52,321 nt of DNA. Source: Dehalococcoidia bacterium UBA1123 (lineage in GTDB: Bacteria; Chloroflexota; Dehalococcoidia; Lucifugimonadales; UBA1123). Below, in pieces: positions 35,915-45,653 of the stretch. Location: NCBI GenBank assembly GCA_002313895.1, contig DCAW01000005.1, positions 17,358 through 69,678 on the forward strand. The letters are read 5' to 3'. The notes beneath the pieces were generated by a model, which was not told the DNA's origin, did not search any database, and saw only the letters and a program-made list of their open reading frames with translations. Position numbers and translations under genes: made by a program. Each line of letters starts with the position of its first letter. Positions within the stretch are counted from its first letter, which is position 1.

Positions 35915-37664
35915 ATGGCTTTTCCGAGCGCCGCACGCTCGTTAGTCAGCCTCGGGACGATCATACTTACGCTCTCCATAGCCTGTGGAGGCGGAATCAC
36001 ACCGGAAACAATCGTCCGCGCCATTGCAGTTTTGCCTACGTCAACTCCTTTGGCGCTCGCAAAACCTGCCTTGACGCCCATTTCTGTAACATTGACACGC
36101 CGACCAACTGCATCACCAGTGGCAACGCGAACCGAAATCCCTTCGCCGACTCCAGAGCCTGAACGATACCGGTTGTCGATCGCGATTGTGCCGGATATAT
36201 CAGTGGAAATCGCCCGGCGCCACATCCCCACTCCGATGGCCTCTACCCGCAGGGGACGGAGGTCACAGTGTCTTTATCTGCTACCCCACCCAATGTCGCG
36301 TTCATCCGATGGGAAGACTATGCCCAGGGAGATGGCGTTCAGATGACGGTCACTGTTGATCGCAAGCTGCGAATCCGCGCGCTGTTCACACTGAGACCTA
36401 ATGAGACGCCGGTTCCGGCCCCACCGCCGACAACGCCATCGCCGCCACCTGTCATAGTCACCGCGACAAAAACTCAGGCACCTTCGACCAGAACGCCTGC
36501 TCGATCTCAGCTGGCGACGCCAATCCTCCTGCCAACACCTTTGCCCTTGCCATCGATCACGCCCGGGCGGTCACCGACGCCAAGTCTTCCCGCGACAGCG
36601 ACCCATACGCCTCCACCGACCGCGACGCCTGAAGCGGGCTCCGTCCGTTGGCAGCACAAGACCGGCAATTGGATAGACGCCGCGCCAGTTGTTCGAGATG
36701 ACGTGGTCTACATCGGCTCACAAGACGATGTTTTCTACGCCATACCGATATCCGGCAAGGTGGTCATTTAGTCATAGGATTCCGGCGGCTCTGTCACCGG
36801 AGCCGCCGCAGTCACCGACGACATGATTTTCATCACGACGCTGGCGGCACACGTTCGCGCAGTTAATCGAAAGACAGGCGAACGGGTCTGGAGATTCACA
36901 ACGGATGGACGGATATGGTCGGGGCCAACTGTCGCCGACGGGAGGGTATTCGCAGGTTCGGCGGATGACGCTGTATACGCACTGGATGAACGAAGCGGCT
37001 TCATGTTGTGGCGATTCAACACCGGTGGCAATGTCTCGGTTCGCCAGCTCACGATGAACAGACGGTTTATCCTGCATCGTCCAGCGATTTTGTTTACGCT
37101 CTCGACTCGGCAACCGGAGAAGTTCGCTGGAGAACCGGGCTCCAGAATAGCTCTATTTCCAGTCCGGCGATCGCTGAAGGTAAAGTGTTCGTAGGATCGT
37201 GGGATGATCATATTTACGCCCTCGATAAAAAATCCGGCACGCACTTGTGGAACTTTTGGGCAGGTGTTTCGGTTCTCACGTCGGTGACACATGGGGATTC
37301 GACAGTGTACGCGGGTTCTAACGACGGTTATCGCTACGCCCTGGACTCCAATGATGGCAGCCTGAGATGGAGGTTCCGAACCGGTGGAGAGGTCCAATCG
37401 ACACAGGTGTTGGACCACGGAGTTTTGTATTTTGCCTCAAACGACGAACAAGTCTACGCTGTCGATTCAGTGTCAGGCCGGGAAATCTGGAAGTTCGACG
37501 CTGGCGACCACATTATGGCCCCACCGATTGGTTATGAGGACACTGTTTATGTTGGCTCGAACGACAATCGGCTCTACACGCTGGCGGCTGCTGACGACGC
37601 AGATGTAATGTCTTCTAAGCTCGATTCTTCGACCACAACGCCTGTGCTAACTCTGAGTCCATAA
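35915..37664 (+). pseudogene. Disrupted lipoprotein with InlB-B-repeat-like domain, Pro/Thr linker and PQQ-like (BamB-type) beta-propeller
   Basis: Lipobox SIAC; frameshifts near 36205 and 37035; in-frame TAG at 36769-36771 and 36775-36777; repeated GS.D..VYALD..G...W units. Confidence 0.78.
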
Positions 37665-37676
37665 CTGCATGCGCCC

Positions 37677-38456
37677 TCAGTCGTCGAACAGCGACGCTCG
37701 TTGAGCAAAGTAAGGTTTTTCAAACAGGTTCTTTTGCCGATCTGTAAGCTGGACACCGGGCATGGGCGGATAACTAGGACCCCAAGATTGTTGGGCAGGG
37801 CTGTACTTGAACAGCAGAGACCGGCGCTGGTAATCGGCGACCCACGGAGCGGTTCCGTGAGTCAGGGCCTCCGTGAATATCACGGCTGACCCCGCATCGA
37901 CATGCGGGGTGACAACGCTGCCCGATTGTTCGTGGCCGGCGAGAATTTCTGGCGGACACGGATAGTTGGCTTTGTGGCTTCCAGGTACACAGCAGAATCC
38001 GCCAACTTCAGGTCCGGTTTCGCAGAGGTTCCACGCAACGACGGTAAGGCCATTGAAAACCTTCCCGTCCTGAAAGTGATAGTACTCTGGCGGGTCAAAC
38101 GGGGTGTTCCCTCCGTGGAGCCTCAATCGCTCAGTCCCGTCCTTCATATAGATTCCGTAGTAATGGTCGATTCTGAATCCATCACCTAAAATAAATCTCA
38201 ACGGGTCCATGATCGCCGGATGATCCAGTAGATTGTTGAATGGAGCGCCCCAGTCGAGGTATCCAGCGGTCTGATTGTTTTCATCGAACAACGAACCGCT
38301 GGAGCCGAATCTGGCCTCTGATGTCGCGAGACCAGGTTCAGGCAGGTTTTGCGCGTCGATGAGCCGGTTCAACTCGGTGGTTTCGTCCTGTTCAAGCGCA
38401 TTTTCTATAATCATGTAGCCGTTAATATCAAATAGGTATTTATCAAGTTCGTTCAA
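37677..38456 (-). CDS. Phytanoyl-CoA dioxygenase (PhyH) family protein
   Basis: YLFDINGY, LHGG, FCCVPGSHK, FTEALTHGT, RRSLLFKY. Confidence 0.85.
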   Translation of the reverse strand: MNELDKYLFDINGYMIIENALEQDETTELNRLIDAQNLPEPGLATSEARFGSSGSLFDENNQTAGYLDWGAPFNNLLDHPAIMDPLRFILGDGFRIDHYYGIYMKDGTERLRLHGGNTPFDPPEYYHFQDGKVFNGLTVVAWNLCETGPEVGGFCCVPGSHKANYPCPPEILAGHEQSGSVVTPHVDAGSAVIFTEALTHGTAPWVADYQRRSLLFKYSPAQQSWGPSYPPMPGVQLTDRQKNLFEKPYFAQRASLFDD

Positions 38457-38683
38457 TTGTTCGCCGTCCTACTGAATTCGATTATTTCCCATCGCTATCC
38501 TGACTAGGTGGCCACATTCTATGCAAGGCAGCCACAGTTTCTCTCAGAATCAATTGGATGCACTCTTGGACACATTTTGAGCCGGTATTGTAATAAATTT
38601 AAGACAATGATTATTCGCCGACGCAAAGTCTATTGGCCACTTGAACCTCCGTCAAGCTGACGTCAATTCCGCAATTCTGGTTA

Positions 38684-38712
38684 TTGACATCGACGACCTA
38701 CGGCACTAGACT
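38684..38712 (+). promoter_or_regulatory. Sigma70-type promoter of the GNAT gene
   Basis: TTGACA-17 nt-TAGACT. Confidence 0.6.
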
Positions 38713-38749
38713 TCATCAACATCTTCCTGAGGCGCAAACAAGGGCGAAA

Positions 38750-39286
38750 TTGCAGATTCATTCTAAACAACTCAGCATGGTTATCGACGCGGAAACCGTG
38801 CGCGGTCTAACCACGGTCAAAGTATCCGACGGGTACACTCTCAGAGAGTATCATCCCGGAGACGAGGACACCTGGATTAGGCTAGTCAACATGGGCCAAT
38901 TCTCCTCAGTCTGGGACGTCGCCAAGTTTGAGAAGTACATGGCCAAGCACGAACGCAGGAAAGGCTCAAGAGTGGTGGTCAACCGTCAGGGCGTCGTCGC
39001 CGCCACATTTGCCTCTGTGCAGGAGGGCGAACGAAACATGGGCCGGCTGGATTTCGTGGTCAGTCACCCAGACCAGAGAGGCCACGGATTTGGGCGAATT
39101 GTTTGCACAGAAGTTTCGCGTCACCTGGTGGATCGCGGTTACAGCAAGATCATCTTGTTCACAGACGACTGGCGGCTTCCGGCAATCGGCCTCTACTTGT
39201 CGATGGGCTTTGAGCCTCAGATGAGCCGCGAGGATATGCCAGGACGGTGGGACGCTATCCACCAGAGTCTCGACGCTCGGCCATAG
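38750..39286 (+). CDS. GNAT family N-acetyltransferase
   Basis: VVSHPDQRGHGFG motif A; TDDWRLPAIGLYLSMGF; start placed downstream of the promoter. Confidence 0.85.
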   Translation: MQIHSKQLSMVIDAETVRGLTTVKVSDGYTLREYHPGDEDTWIRLVNMGQFSSVWDVAKFEKYMAKHERRKGSRVVVNRQGVVAATFASVQEGERNMGRLDFVVSHPDQRGHGFGRIVCTEVSRHLVDRGYSKIILFTDDWRLPAIGLYLSMGFEPQMSREDMPGRWDAIHQSLDARP

Positions 39287-39295
39287 CCTTTACAT

Positions 39296-40453
39296 CTACT
39301 CCAGAGCGTTCTCGCCTGTGATGTCCCTGCCCAATATGAGGGTGTGGATGTCGTGGGTACCTTCGTAAGTGTCCACCGTCTCCAGGTTCAGCATATGCCT
39401 GATTGATGGATGGTCCAACACGATGCCGCTGCCTCCCAAAATCTCTCTTGCGCTTCTAGCCGCCAGCAGAGCCGCGCGCACGTTGTCCCGTTTCGCCAGG
39501 GACACCAGAGAGTAGTTCAGCTTCCCTTGGTCCTTCAAAATCGCCAGGCGCCAAGCAAGGAGCATTCCGCGAGTGTGGTCTGAGACCATGTCCACAAACT
39601 TGGTCTGCACCAGTTGTCTGCTGGCGATCGGCTTGCCGAAAGTGGACCTGGTCTTGGAAAATGCCAGAGCGTCTTCGTAGACAGCTTCCAGCGCTCCCAA
39701 AGCGCCCCATGCGATTCCATACCTCGCCTGAGTCAGGCATGACAAAGGCCCGCGCAAGCCTCTTACATCGGGAAGCATCTGCGAGGCTGGAATCCGGCAA
39801 TCGTCCATCACCAGCTCGCTGGTCACAGATGCCCGCATGCTCAGTTTGTGCTTGATTTCGTTGGCAACGAATCCCGGAGTGTCAGTCGGAACGAGGAACC
39901 CGCAAACAACACCGCCGTCATCTTTGGCCCATACCAGAGCGACATCGGCGATATTCCCATTCGTGATCCACATCTTTGACCCGTTCAGAACATAGGATTC
40001 GCCGTCTTTGCGCGCGGTGGCCTTCATAGCGCCGGGGTCAGAGCCGCCCTCATGTTCGGTCAATCCGAAACACCCGATCATCTCTCCTGACGCCATCTTC
40101 GGCAGGTAGTTTTGTTTCTGCTCTTCAGAGCCGTAGCTGTAAATGGGGTACATCACCAGAGCGCCTTGAACTGAGGCGAAGCTTCGGAGTCCAGAGTCTA
40201 TGCGCTCCAGTTCATACATCAGCAATCCATAGGACATATTGTTGACGCCGGCGGTCCCGTACTCACTGGGCAAATTGGCGCCGAGGTAACCCATTTCGCC
40301 AAGTTTCGGGATCAGGTCTCGGGGAAATTCTCCTTTTTCCCAGGCGTCGGTGATGCCGGGCATGGCCTCGGCGTCCAGAAAATCTCTTGCCGTAGATTGC
40401 ACTTGCCGTTCGTCATCGGTCAACAGATCCAGAACCTGGCCGTAATCTAGCAT
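39296..40453 (-). CDS. gcdH: Glutaryl-CoA dehydrogenase-like acyl-CoA dehydrogenase
   Basis: ELERIDSGLRS, GCFGLTE..GGSDP, ARYGIAWG, NLETVDTYEGTHDIHTLILGRDITG. Confidence 0.85.
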   Translation of the reverse strand: MLDYGQVLDLLTDDERQVQSTARDFLDAEAMPGITDAWEKGEFPRDLIPKLGEMGYLGANLPSEYGTAGVNNMSYGLLMYELERIDSGLRSFASVQGALVMYPIYSYGSEEQKQNYLPKMASGEMIGCFGLTEHEGGSDPGAMKATARKDGESYVLNGSKMWITNGNIADVALVWAKDDGGVVCGFLVPTDTPGFVANEIKHKLSMRASVTSELVMDDCRIPASQMLPDVRGLRGPLSCLTQARYGIAWGALGALEAVYEDALAFSKTRSTFGKPIASRQLVQTKFVDMVSDHTRGMLLAWRLAILKDQGKLNYSLVSLAKRDNVRAALLAARSAREILGGSGIVLDHPSIRHMLNLETVDTYEGTHDIHTLILGRDITGENALE

Positions 40454-40521
40454 TTCATCTCCAAGCGGCGCACAAATATGATATGCGCCGGACTAAAATT
40501 CGGTTGCGAATCTCGTCGCGG

Positions 40522-41688
40522 CTAGTCTTCTTTTGGGAACAGCCCTGCCGCAATTCCGTCGTACGCCTGGTCGTTTGGGAGCGCCATAATCATCCCGGCT
40601 CTGGCATCGCGGAAGTATCGCTCGAAGGGCAATCGCGCCGCAAACGCCGTCCCGCCGAACATTGTCATCAGTTCCTGAGTGACCTCGACAGCGGTTTCAG
40701 AACAGGTGACTTTCGCTTGAAGAATTGGAAGCATCGAAGTCAGTTTGCCCTGGTCGAATGTTGCGGCGGCGGCGTGCAGCATGGTCTGGGCGGCTTCGAT
40801 CTTGGTTGCAAGCTCGGCCATCCTTCGCTGGTTGACTGGGGCGTCCAGACGACGAGAACCGCTGGCATATCGTTGGTTTCCGACGTCGGACGCTATCTCA
40901 AATGCCCCGGATCCAACGCCTAGGTAGGCCGCAGCGTAGGTGAGACCTAACACCGGCGTGAACAGCCCTCCGGCGTCGCTCATGACGGTATGCTCGGCTC
41001 CAATGCGATTTCCTTCTGGCACAAAGCCGTTGAATCGAACTGGCGAGCTAGAATTGCCTCGGAGGCCCAGACCCTCCCAGGGTTCGAGAATTTCCCATTC
41101 GATTTCGTCTCGCTCAACAAACAACACGCTAATCTGGGTTAGCGGCGTGTCCTCCCCTCCGATGCGGCACAGGAAGAAATAGTGGCTCGCTTTGCCTGCG
41201 GACGTAACATAGGATTTCCGAGACCCGTTGATCTGGTAGCCGCCGTCGACCTTTTGGACGGGCGAGAACGCACGGCTGGAGGTCCAGTTGTCTTCGGTTG
41301 TCCAGGTTTCGGAGCCCGCCACAGTGGCGAAGACTTCCCCTTTTGCCATCGGCTTAATGAATCTCTCCACCTGCTCGTCTGTGGGTATGCGTGAGATGAC
41401 CTCCGACGCTTCAATGTGCATTTTGTAGCACATCGCAGTCGAGGAGCATTTCTTTGCCAACTCCTCTACGATCAGGCAAGTAGTGAGCAGGTCTTTGCCC
41501 AGGCCGCCGTGCTCTTCAGACACTCTGAGTCCCAAAAGTCCCTCCGCTTTCAGCGCGTCGAGCGACTTTTGGGGGTAGCTGCGATCGCGGTCCACCCGCT
41601 CGGCGTTAGGAGCCAGGACGCGCTCGGCGATACCCGCGGCGCGATCCTTCCAAGTCTGCTGTTCCTTGGTGAGAGGAAAAAACGACAT
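40522..41688 (-). CDS. Acyl-CoA dehydrogenase family protein
   Basis: VSEEHGGLG, NGSRKSYVTS, GLGLRGNSS, ERYFRDARAG. Confidence 0.88.
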   Translation of the reverse strand: MSFFPLTKEQQTWKDRAAGIAERVLAPNAERVDRDRSYPQKSLDALKAEGLLGLRVSEEHGGLGKDLLTTCLIVEELAKKCSSTAMCYKMHIEASEVISRIPTDEQVERFIKPMAKGEVFATVAGSETWTTEDNWTSSRAFSPVQKVDGGYQINGSRKSYVTSAGKASHYFFLCRIGGEDTPLTQISVLFVERDEIEWEILEPWEGLGLRGNSSSPVRFNGFVPEGNRIGAEHTVMSDAGGLFTPVLGLTYAAAYLGVGSGAFEIASDVGNQRYASGSRRLDAPVNQRRMAELATKIEAAQTMLHAAAATFDQGKLTSMLPILQAKVTCSETAVEVTQELMTMFGGTAFAARLPFERYFRDARAGMIMALPNDQAYDGIAAGLFPKED

Positions 41689-41796
41689 TAAATAGGGTCC
41701 TTTCGGAGCGTAGAGCGCACTAGTTTCAAGTCAATTTGTCGCATTGATGATAGATGCAACTCACTTGAAAATGCCAGCGCGAAGATTTCGGACACG

Positions 41797-41811
41797 GAAC
41801 GTGCCACGTTC
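41797..41811. promoter_or_regulatory. 15-bp palindrome, candidate operator
   Basis: GAACGTG-C-CACGTTC about 110 nt upstream of the acyl-CoA dehydrogenase pair. Confidence 0.35.
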
Positions 41812-41831
41812 TCTTGTGGCAATGTCAGTGT

Positions 41832-41877
41832 AAAATAAACACCGAAGCGTTTTGAAACAAACACAACGCTTCGGCGC
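41832..41877 (-). terminator. Probable intrinsic terminator
   Basis: CCGAAGCGTT/AACGCTTCGG stem (41842-41874) followed on the minus strand by TGTTTATTTT. Confidence 0.6.
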
Positions 41878-42000
41878 TTGAGTCATTGCTCGTCGATGGG
41901 ATGAGAATCGGGTCGAATCTCTGAACCGACCAGTTAATTCAGAACATCGTCCACGAGAGCAGCACCGTTGACGAATTTTACGACGTAGGTCAACTCGATC

Positions 42001-42873
42001 TCAATGTCCCCCGGCGTTGGCCATTTGACTGCCGCTGGTCCTGGCGGTGACATCCACATGACAACCAACGTCATCACACAGATTCCCAGCAATTAACTTT
42101 TCGATTCGCATTTGAGAGCCGAGGTTGTTGGCTATGAAAGCCTGATCAATTGCGCTCTGGCGGAATTGATCGGTGACATGATTGACAATTCCGTCATTGT
42201 CATAGGCGTTTAAGCTATCTATGTAGGCGCGAGCTACACTTTCAGCGGTCGAAGCCAAAATTGATAACTCGAAGATTAGCGGTTGGTAATTCACAGGTGA
42301 CGTCGCCGTTTTTTCGAGAGAAATGCTGGACAGTGTGTGGTGCACTGAATCGATCCATCCATGAATCGGGCCAGAGATGACAGGCAAAATGAATAACATG
42401 ATCGCGACGCCGAGCAATGTCCACATGAATGGGCGCATCGCCTGTTCGACGACATCATCCAGACGCAATATTCTGTGCAAGGCAGGCGAACTATCATCCG
42501 CGAGTATCTCTGTAAGTTTTTCAGCGCGTTGGCTCGCGCATGTAACGCACGTGCAAGCCGGGCCGTGGCCCAGGGGACGAATCATTGGTCTGGACGCAAA
42601 GGTGGCGGTTCCCAATAATGGCGATTGGACGGTCATATTGCCGGAGTCTCCAGGTAGAACGACAGCATGCGGCCTACTTGACTGGCCGGTGGAATCATCT
42701 GTGGACTGGTCGTCAGAATTCCAGTTAAATCGAAACCGTCGTCCTGAAGATCGCTCCTGTTCCTCATCAGAATCTTTCGAGCGCTCTGCCGGGCGCCCTT
42801 GCCGCTCTGCGTCCAGGTCACGCTTTACGACCAAGCCGCGTTGGTCGTTCGACCCATCTTCGCTCCTGTCCAC
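42001..42873 (-). CDS. Hypothetical single-pass membrane protein with CxCxxC motif (C-terminus probably frameshifted; alternative end 41934)
   Basis: Charged low-complexity N-terminus, HGPACTCVTC, one TM helix; G5 run just before the stop. Confidence 0.6.
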   Translation of the reverse strand: MDRSEDGSNDQRGLVVKRDLDAERQGRPAERSKDSDEEQERSSGRRFRFNWNSDDQSTDDSTGQSSRPHAVVLPGDSGNMTVQSPLLGTATFASRPMIRPLGHGPACTCVTCASQRAEKLTEILADDSSPALHRILRLDDVVEQAMRPFMWTLLGVAIMLFILPVISGPIHGWIDSVHHTLSSISLEKTATSPVNYQPLIFELSILASTAESVARAYIDSLNAYDNDGIVNHVTDQFRQSAIDQAFIANNLGSQMRIEKLIAGNLCDDVGCHVDVTARTSGSQMANAGGH

Positions 42874-43000
42874 TCTCTATGCTGTTCTTCCGAAATTTTG
42901 AGACCGATTCGTTCATTTGACGCCTCTCCAAATCGAAGCTAACACAACAGACTGGGCAGCGAATTCCTTACACTTCGGTATGATTCGCACGGTTGTTTCC

Positions 43001-43639
43001 TCAGTCGAGCGGGTTCCCCCATCGGTCCTGATACACCACATCATCCAACGGCCCTCGCGACACATCGCCAAAACTCACGTCAGGGGCCGGGTATCCAACT
43101 GGAATGAGCGCGGCAGTGTCGAATTGGTCTGGTATGCCAAGCAATTGTTTCACTTCGGTTTCAAACTGCGTGTGCATCGTGGTGATGACCGTTCCGAGAC
43201 CCAACGACCGCGCCGTCAGCATCAGATTTTGGACGGCCGGATAGATAGACGCGCCACGAGTGTCCAGCCCACCCGTAATATGGGAGCTTCCCGTGGCGAT
43301 GCAGGCGAGAACTATCACTGGAATGTTCTCCATCTGTTCGCCCAGAACGCCTCCTGACCGGTAAGGCTGAGTATAGGCTTCATCTCCGATGCGGCTCACC
43401 GTCTCCGTCCACGCCTGGAGATACCAGTCACCCAACCTGCGTTTGGTCTCTTTATCTCGAACAACGAGGAACCTCCACTGCTGGCGATTGCCTGCGTTCG
43501 GGGCCGACGTTGCTGCCTCCATCAATGTCCTGACCGTCTCGTCGGAGACCGGCCTGTCGCTGAAGTGACGAATTGCCCTCTGCGTGCTGATGGCTTCTGA
43601 AATTTCCATATTTTCGACTCCGGGTCCAGCGCTCCGCAT
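43001..43639 (-). CDS. Nitroreductase family protein
   Basis: QRAIRHF, APNAGNRQQW, AVQNLMLTARSLGLG, IPVGYP; TGATG overlap with the upstream gene (alternative start 43609). Confidence 0.9.
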   Translation of the reverse strand: MRSAGPGVENMEISEAISTQRAIRHFSDRPVSDETVRTLMEAATSAPNAGNRQQWRFLVVRDKETKRRLGDWYLQAWTETVSRIGDEAYTQPYRSGGVLGEQMENIPVIVLACIATGSSHITGGLDTRGASIYPAVQNLMLTARSLGLGTVITTMHTQFETEVKQLLGIPDQFDTAALIPVGYPAPDVSFGDVSRGPLDDVVYQDRWGNPLD

Positions 43640-44973
43640 CAGCCCAGGATTTCTGTTAGAGCGCGAATGTCATTCAGGTTTTCCAAATCAGACACGGCAG
43701 AAATAACATCCTCAGCGCATACGTGACCCAGGATCTCACTTGTTAGGAAGCTGAATTTCTCCACCAGTTCGTCTTGAGGAATGCGGTTCCCATAGTCTCC
43801 ACGAACCAGCCTCGTCTCCGCGGACAGTCGCTGGCCATCTTTCAGCCTAATTGTTGCGGTGGTCAGCGGAATCGCACCCGATATCGCCAGGGTGGGATCA
43901 ATACTCACATTGACTCTGTCCGCGATGCTCCTGACGTCTTGTTCGCCGATGACTTGCGGCCTGAAAACCGTGATGTCGGTCCTGCGATGGACCAGAGCGG
44001 CGGCGACGGCGTATGGCACGTTGAATTTGGCTGCCAGCATATTCTCAGGATATTCTCCGAGCATTCCCTGGAGCATGGACGGCACGGACACATCGACCGC
44101 TTCGACCTCGTCAGTTTGGAAATCACTGGATGCCGTGGCCTGCATGACTGCGTCCAACACCGGATGATTGTAACGACAGCAGGCGTGAAGCTTGAAGTAG
44201 TTCTGTTGAATTCGATACTCGCCACCCAGGCCGTTCACGACGGCGTCGGTGTCGAAGGATTCGCCAATGATCGTCCCGAATACGTCCGACGGGGCGTCGT
44301 CAAGTCCAGTGAAGCCACAGGCGTGCAGGTGGTCTGCCAGAATCCCGTGGAAGCCCGACCGTCCGGGATACAGATTTCGGATCGTTGCGCCCTTGAAGGC
44401 CGTGGTCCAGGTGTTGGCAGGACTCATGGAAGCCGCCAGGTTGATTATCGATCGCACGTCATTAGCAGAGTGCCCGCGGAGTTTCGCCACTGCAGCGGCG
44501 GTTCCAACGGCGCCCCAATGTCCGTGAGAATGGACATTATCTCTGGCCTTGGTGGCTCCGCCTATTCGCGACTCAACCTCGTATCCGACCAGGACCGCTT
44601 CGATGAAACTTCTGCCGCTGGCGCCCATCTCTTCAGCCACCGCCAGCGCGCCAGGGAGGGTATGAATGGCCGGGTGGCCGCCTCCGAACCGGTTCCCTTC
44701 GTCCATCTCCAGCGCGACTCCCGCAGTAGAGTTTACCAGCGTTGCCATCATCGGTTCCGCCGTAAGACCATGCCCCAGGATCGTCGCTGTTCCGGGGCCA
44801 GATCGCTTGGACATGGTCTGGGCAAAATCGGCGTTCTCAGACTCATGGCTGCCTGCGATGATGGCGCCAACCGTGTCGAGCGTGACGTTTCGCACCGCCA
44901 TGATTGCTTCTTCGCTCAGATCATCGCAACTGGTATCAACGACAAATCGGCTCAGTCTGTCCAGATAATCCAC
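43639..44973 (-). CDS. MmgE/PrpD family protein
   Basis: LDTVG, LEMDEG...GHP, GYEV, YFKLHACCRYNH; GGGAGG RBS before GTG 44973. Confidence 0.9.
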   Translation of the reverse strand: MDYLDRLSRFVVDTSCDDLSEEAIMAVRNVTLDTVGAIIAGSHESENADFAQTMSKRSGPGTATILGHGLTAEPMMATLVNSTAGVALEMDEGNRFGGGHPAIHTLPGALAVAEEMGASGRSFIEAVLVGYEVESRIGGATKARDNVHSHGHWGAVGTAAAVAKLRGHSANDVRSIINLAASMSPANTWTTAFKGATIRNLYPGRSGFHGILADHLHACGFTGLDDAPSDVFGTIIGESFDTDAVVNGLGGEYRIQQNYFKLHACCRYNHPVLDAVMQATASSDFQTDEVEAVDVSVPSMLQGMLGEYPENMLAAKFNVPYAVAAALVHRRTDITVFRPQVIGEQDVRSIADRVNVSIDPTLAISGAIPLTTATIRLKDGQRLSAETRLVRGDYGNRIPQDELVEKFSFLTSEILGHVCAEDVISAVSDLENLNDIRALTEILG

Positions 44974-45112
44974 GATAATGCCTCCCTGTGTGTTCTCCTT
45001 TGAATCGTACAACCGCGCCTCATTGAGAGCAAGTTCGCGGCACTATACGATGCACTGTGGCAAATTTTGAGAAACACCATTTGTTGATCGAAAAATAAAT
45101 TGGAAGGCCCGT

Positions 45113-45141
45113 TTGACTCCACCGAATCCGATTGCTACACT
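45113..45141 (+). promoter_or_regulatory. Sigma70-type promoter
   Basis: TTGACT-17 nt-TACACT with extended-10 TG. Confidence 0.6.
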
Positions 45142-45180
45142 CGGCCACTGGACCCCAGTCTTTACGTGATAGGAAGTACG

Positions 45181-45630
45181 ATGGTCAAAATCCGGCTATC
45201 AGCCCGTGTTTCAGCTCCAGTCGAAGATGTTTACCAGCACGTCACCGCTTTCGGTGAGGATGGCCTATTGGACGAAGAAATCGTCCACGAACGGTACTCT
45301 GAAGATATTCGTCTCGATGGTGCTGAATATGTCTACACCGAGGATACTCGCATTCACGAGGATGACCCCTCGCAAATCATCACATGGAAATGTAGTTTTG
45401 ACTACCCAAACCAACGGGTTATGAGAGCGGTGGACTCCAATTGGTCGCATCGAACGGACACATTTCACCCAGATCGGGGATTTACCCATTGGACCGTTAT
45501 GTGGGAAATTCAGGACAATTTTTTCCGTAGCCTTATCAAATACTTTGCGTACAAAGTCGGCACGCATCGGTCTTTGAGGCGTCAGGTCATCAACCCTGTG
45601 ATAAAGCATTTTGAGAAGGATTTTCAGTAA
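45181..45630 (+). CDS. SRPBCC/START-like family protein
   Basis: N-terminal strand then VSAPVEDVYQHV helix, about 149 aa; AGGAAG RBS. Confidence 0.6.
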   Translation: MVKIRLSARVSAPVEDVYQHVTAFGEDGLLDEEIVHERYSEDIRLDGAEYVYTEDTRIHEDDPSQIITWKCSFDYPNQRVMRAVDSNWSHRTDTFHPDRGFTHWTVMWEIQDNFFRSLIKYFAYKVGTHRSLRRQVINPVIKHFEKDFQ

Positions 45631-45653
45631 CCCTTTGTCGAGCAAAAGAGTTA

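Noticed and set aside
38684-38749. ORF-track N-terminal extensions (GNAT from 38684; also 8593, 51636, 45100, 23146)
   Set aside because: They overlap promoter elements, hairpins or neighbouring genes; downstream starts have better RBS or signal context.
43774-45003. 409-aa plus-strand ORF (likewise 50404..51444, 22014..22754, 34736..35632, 28678..29379)
   Set aside because: Each lies opposite a well-supported gene and has no family motifs.
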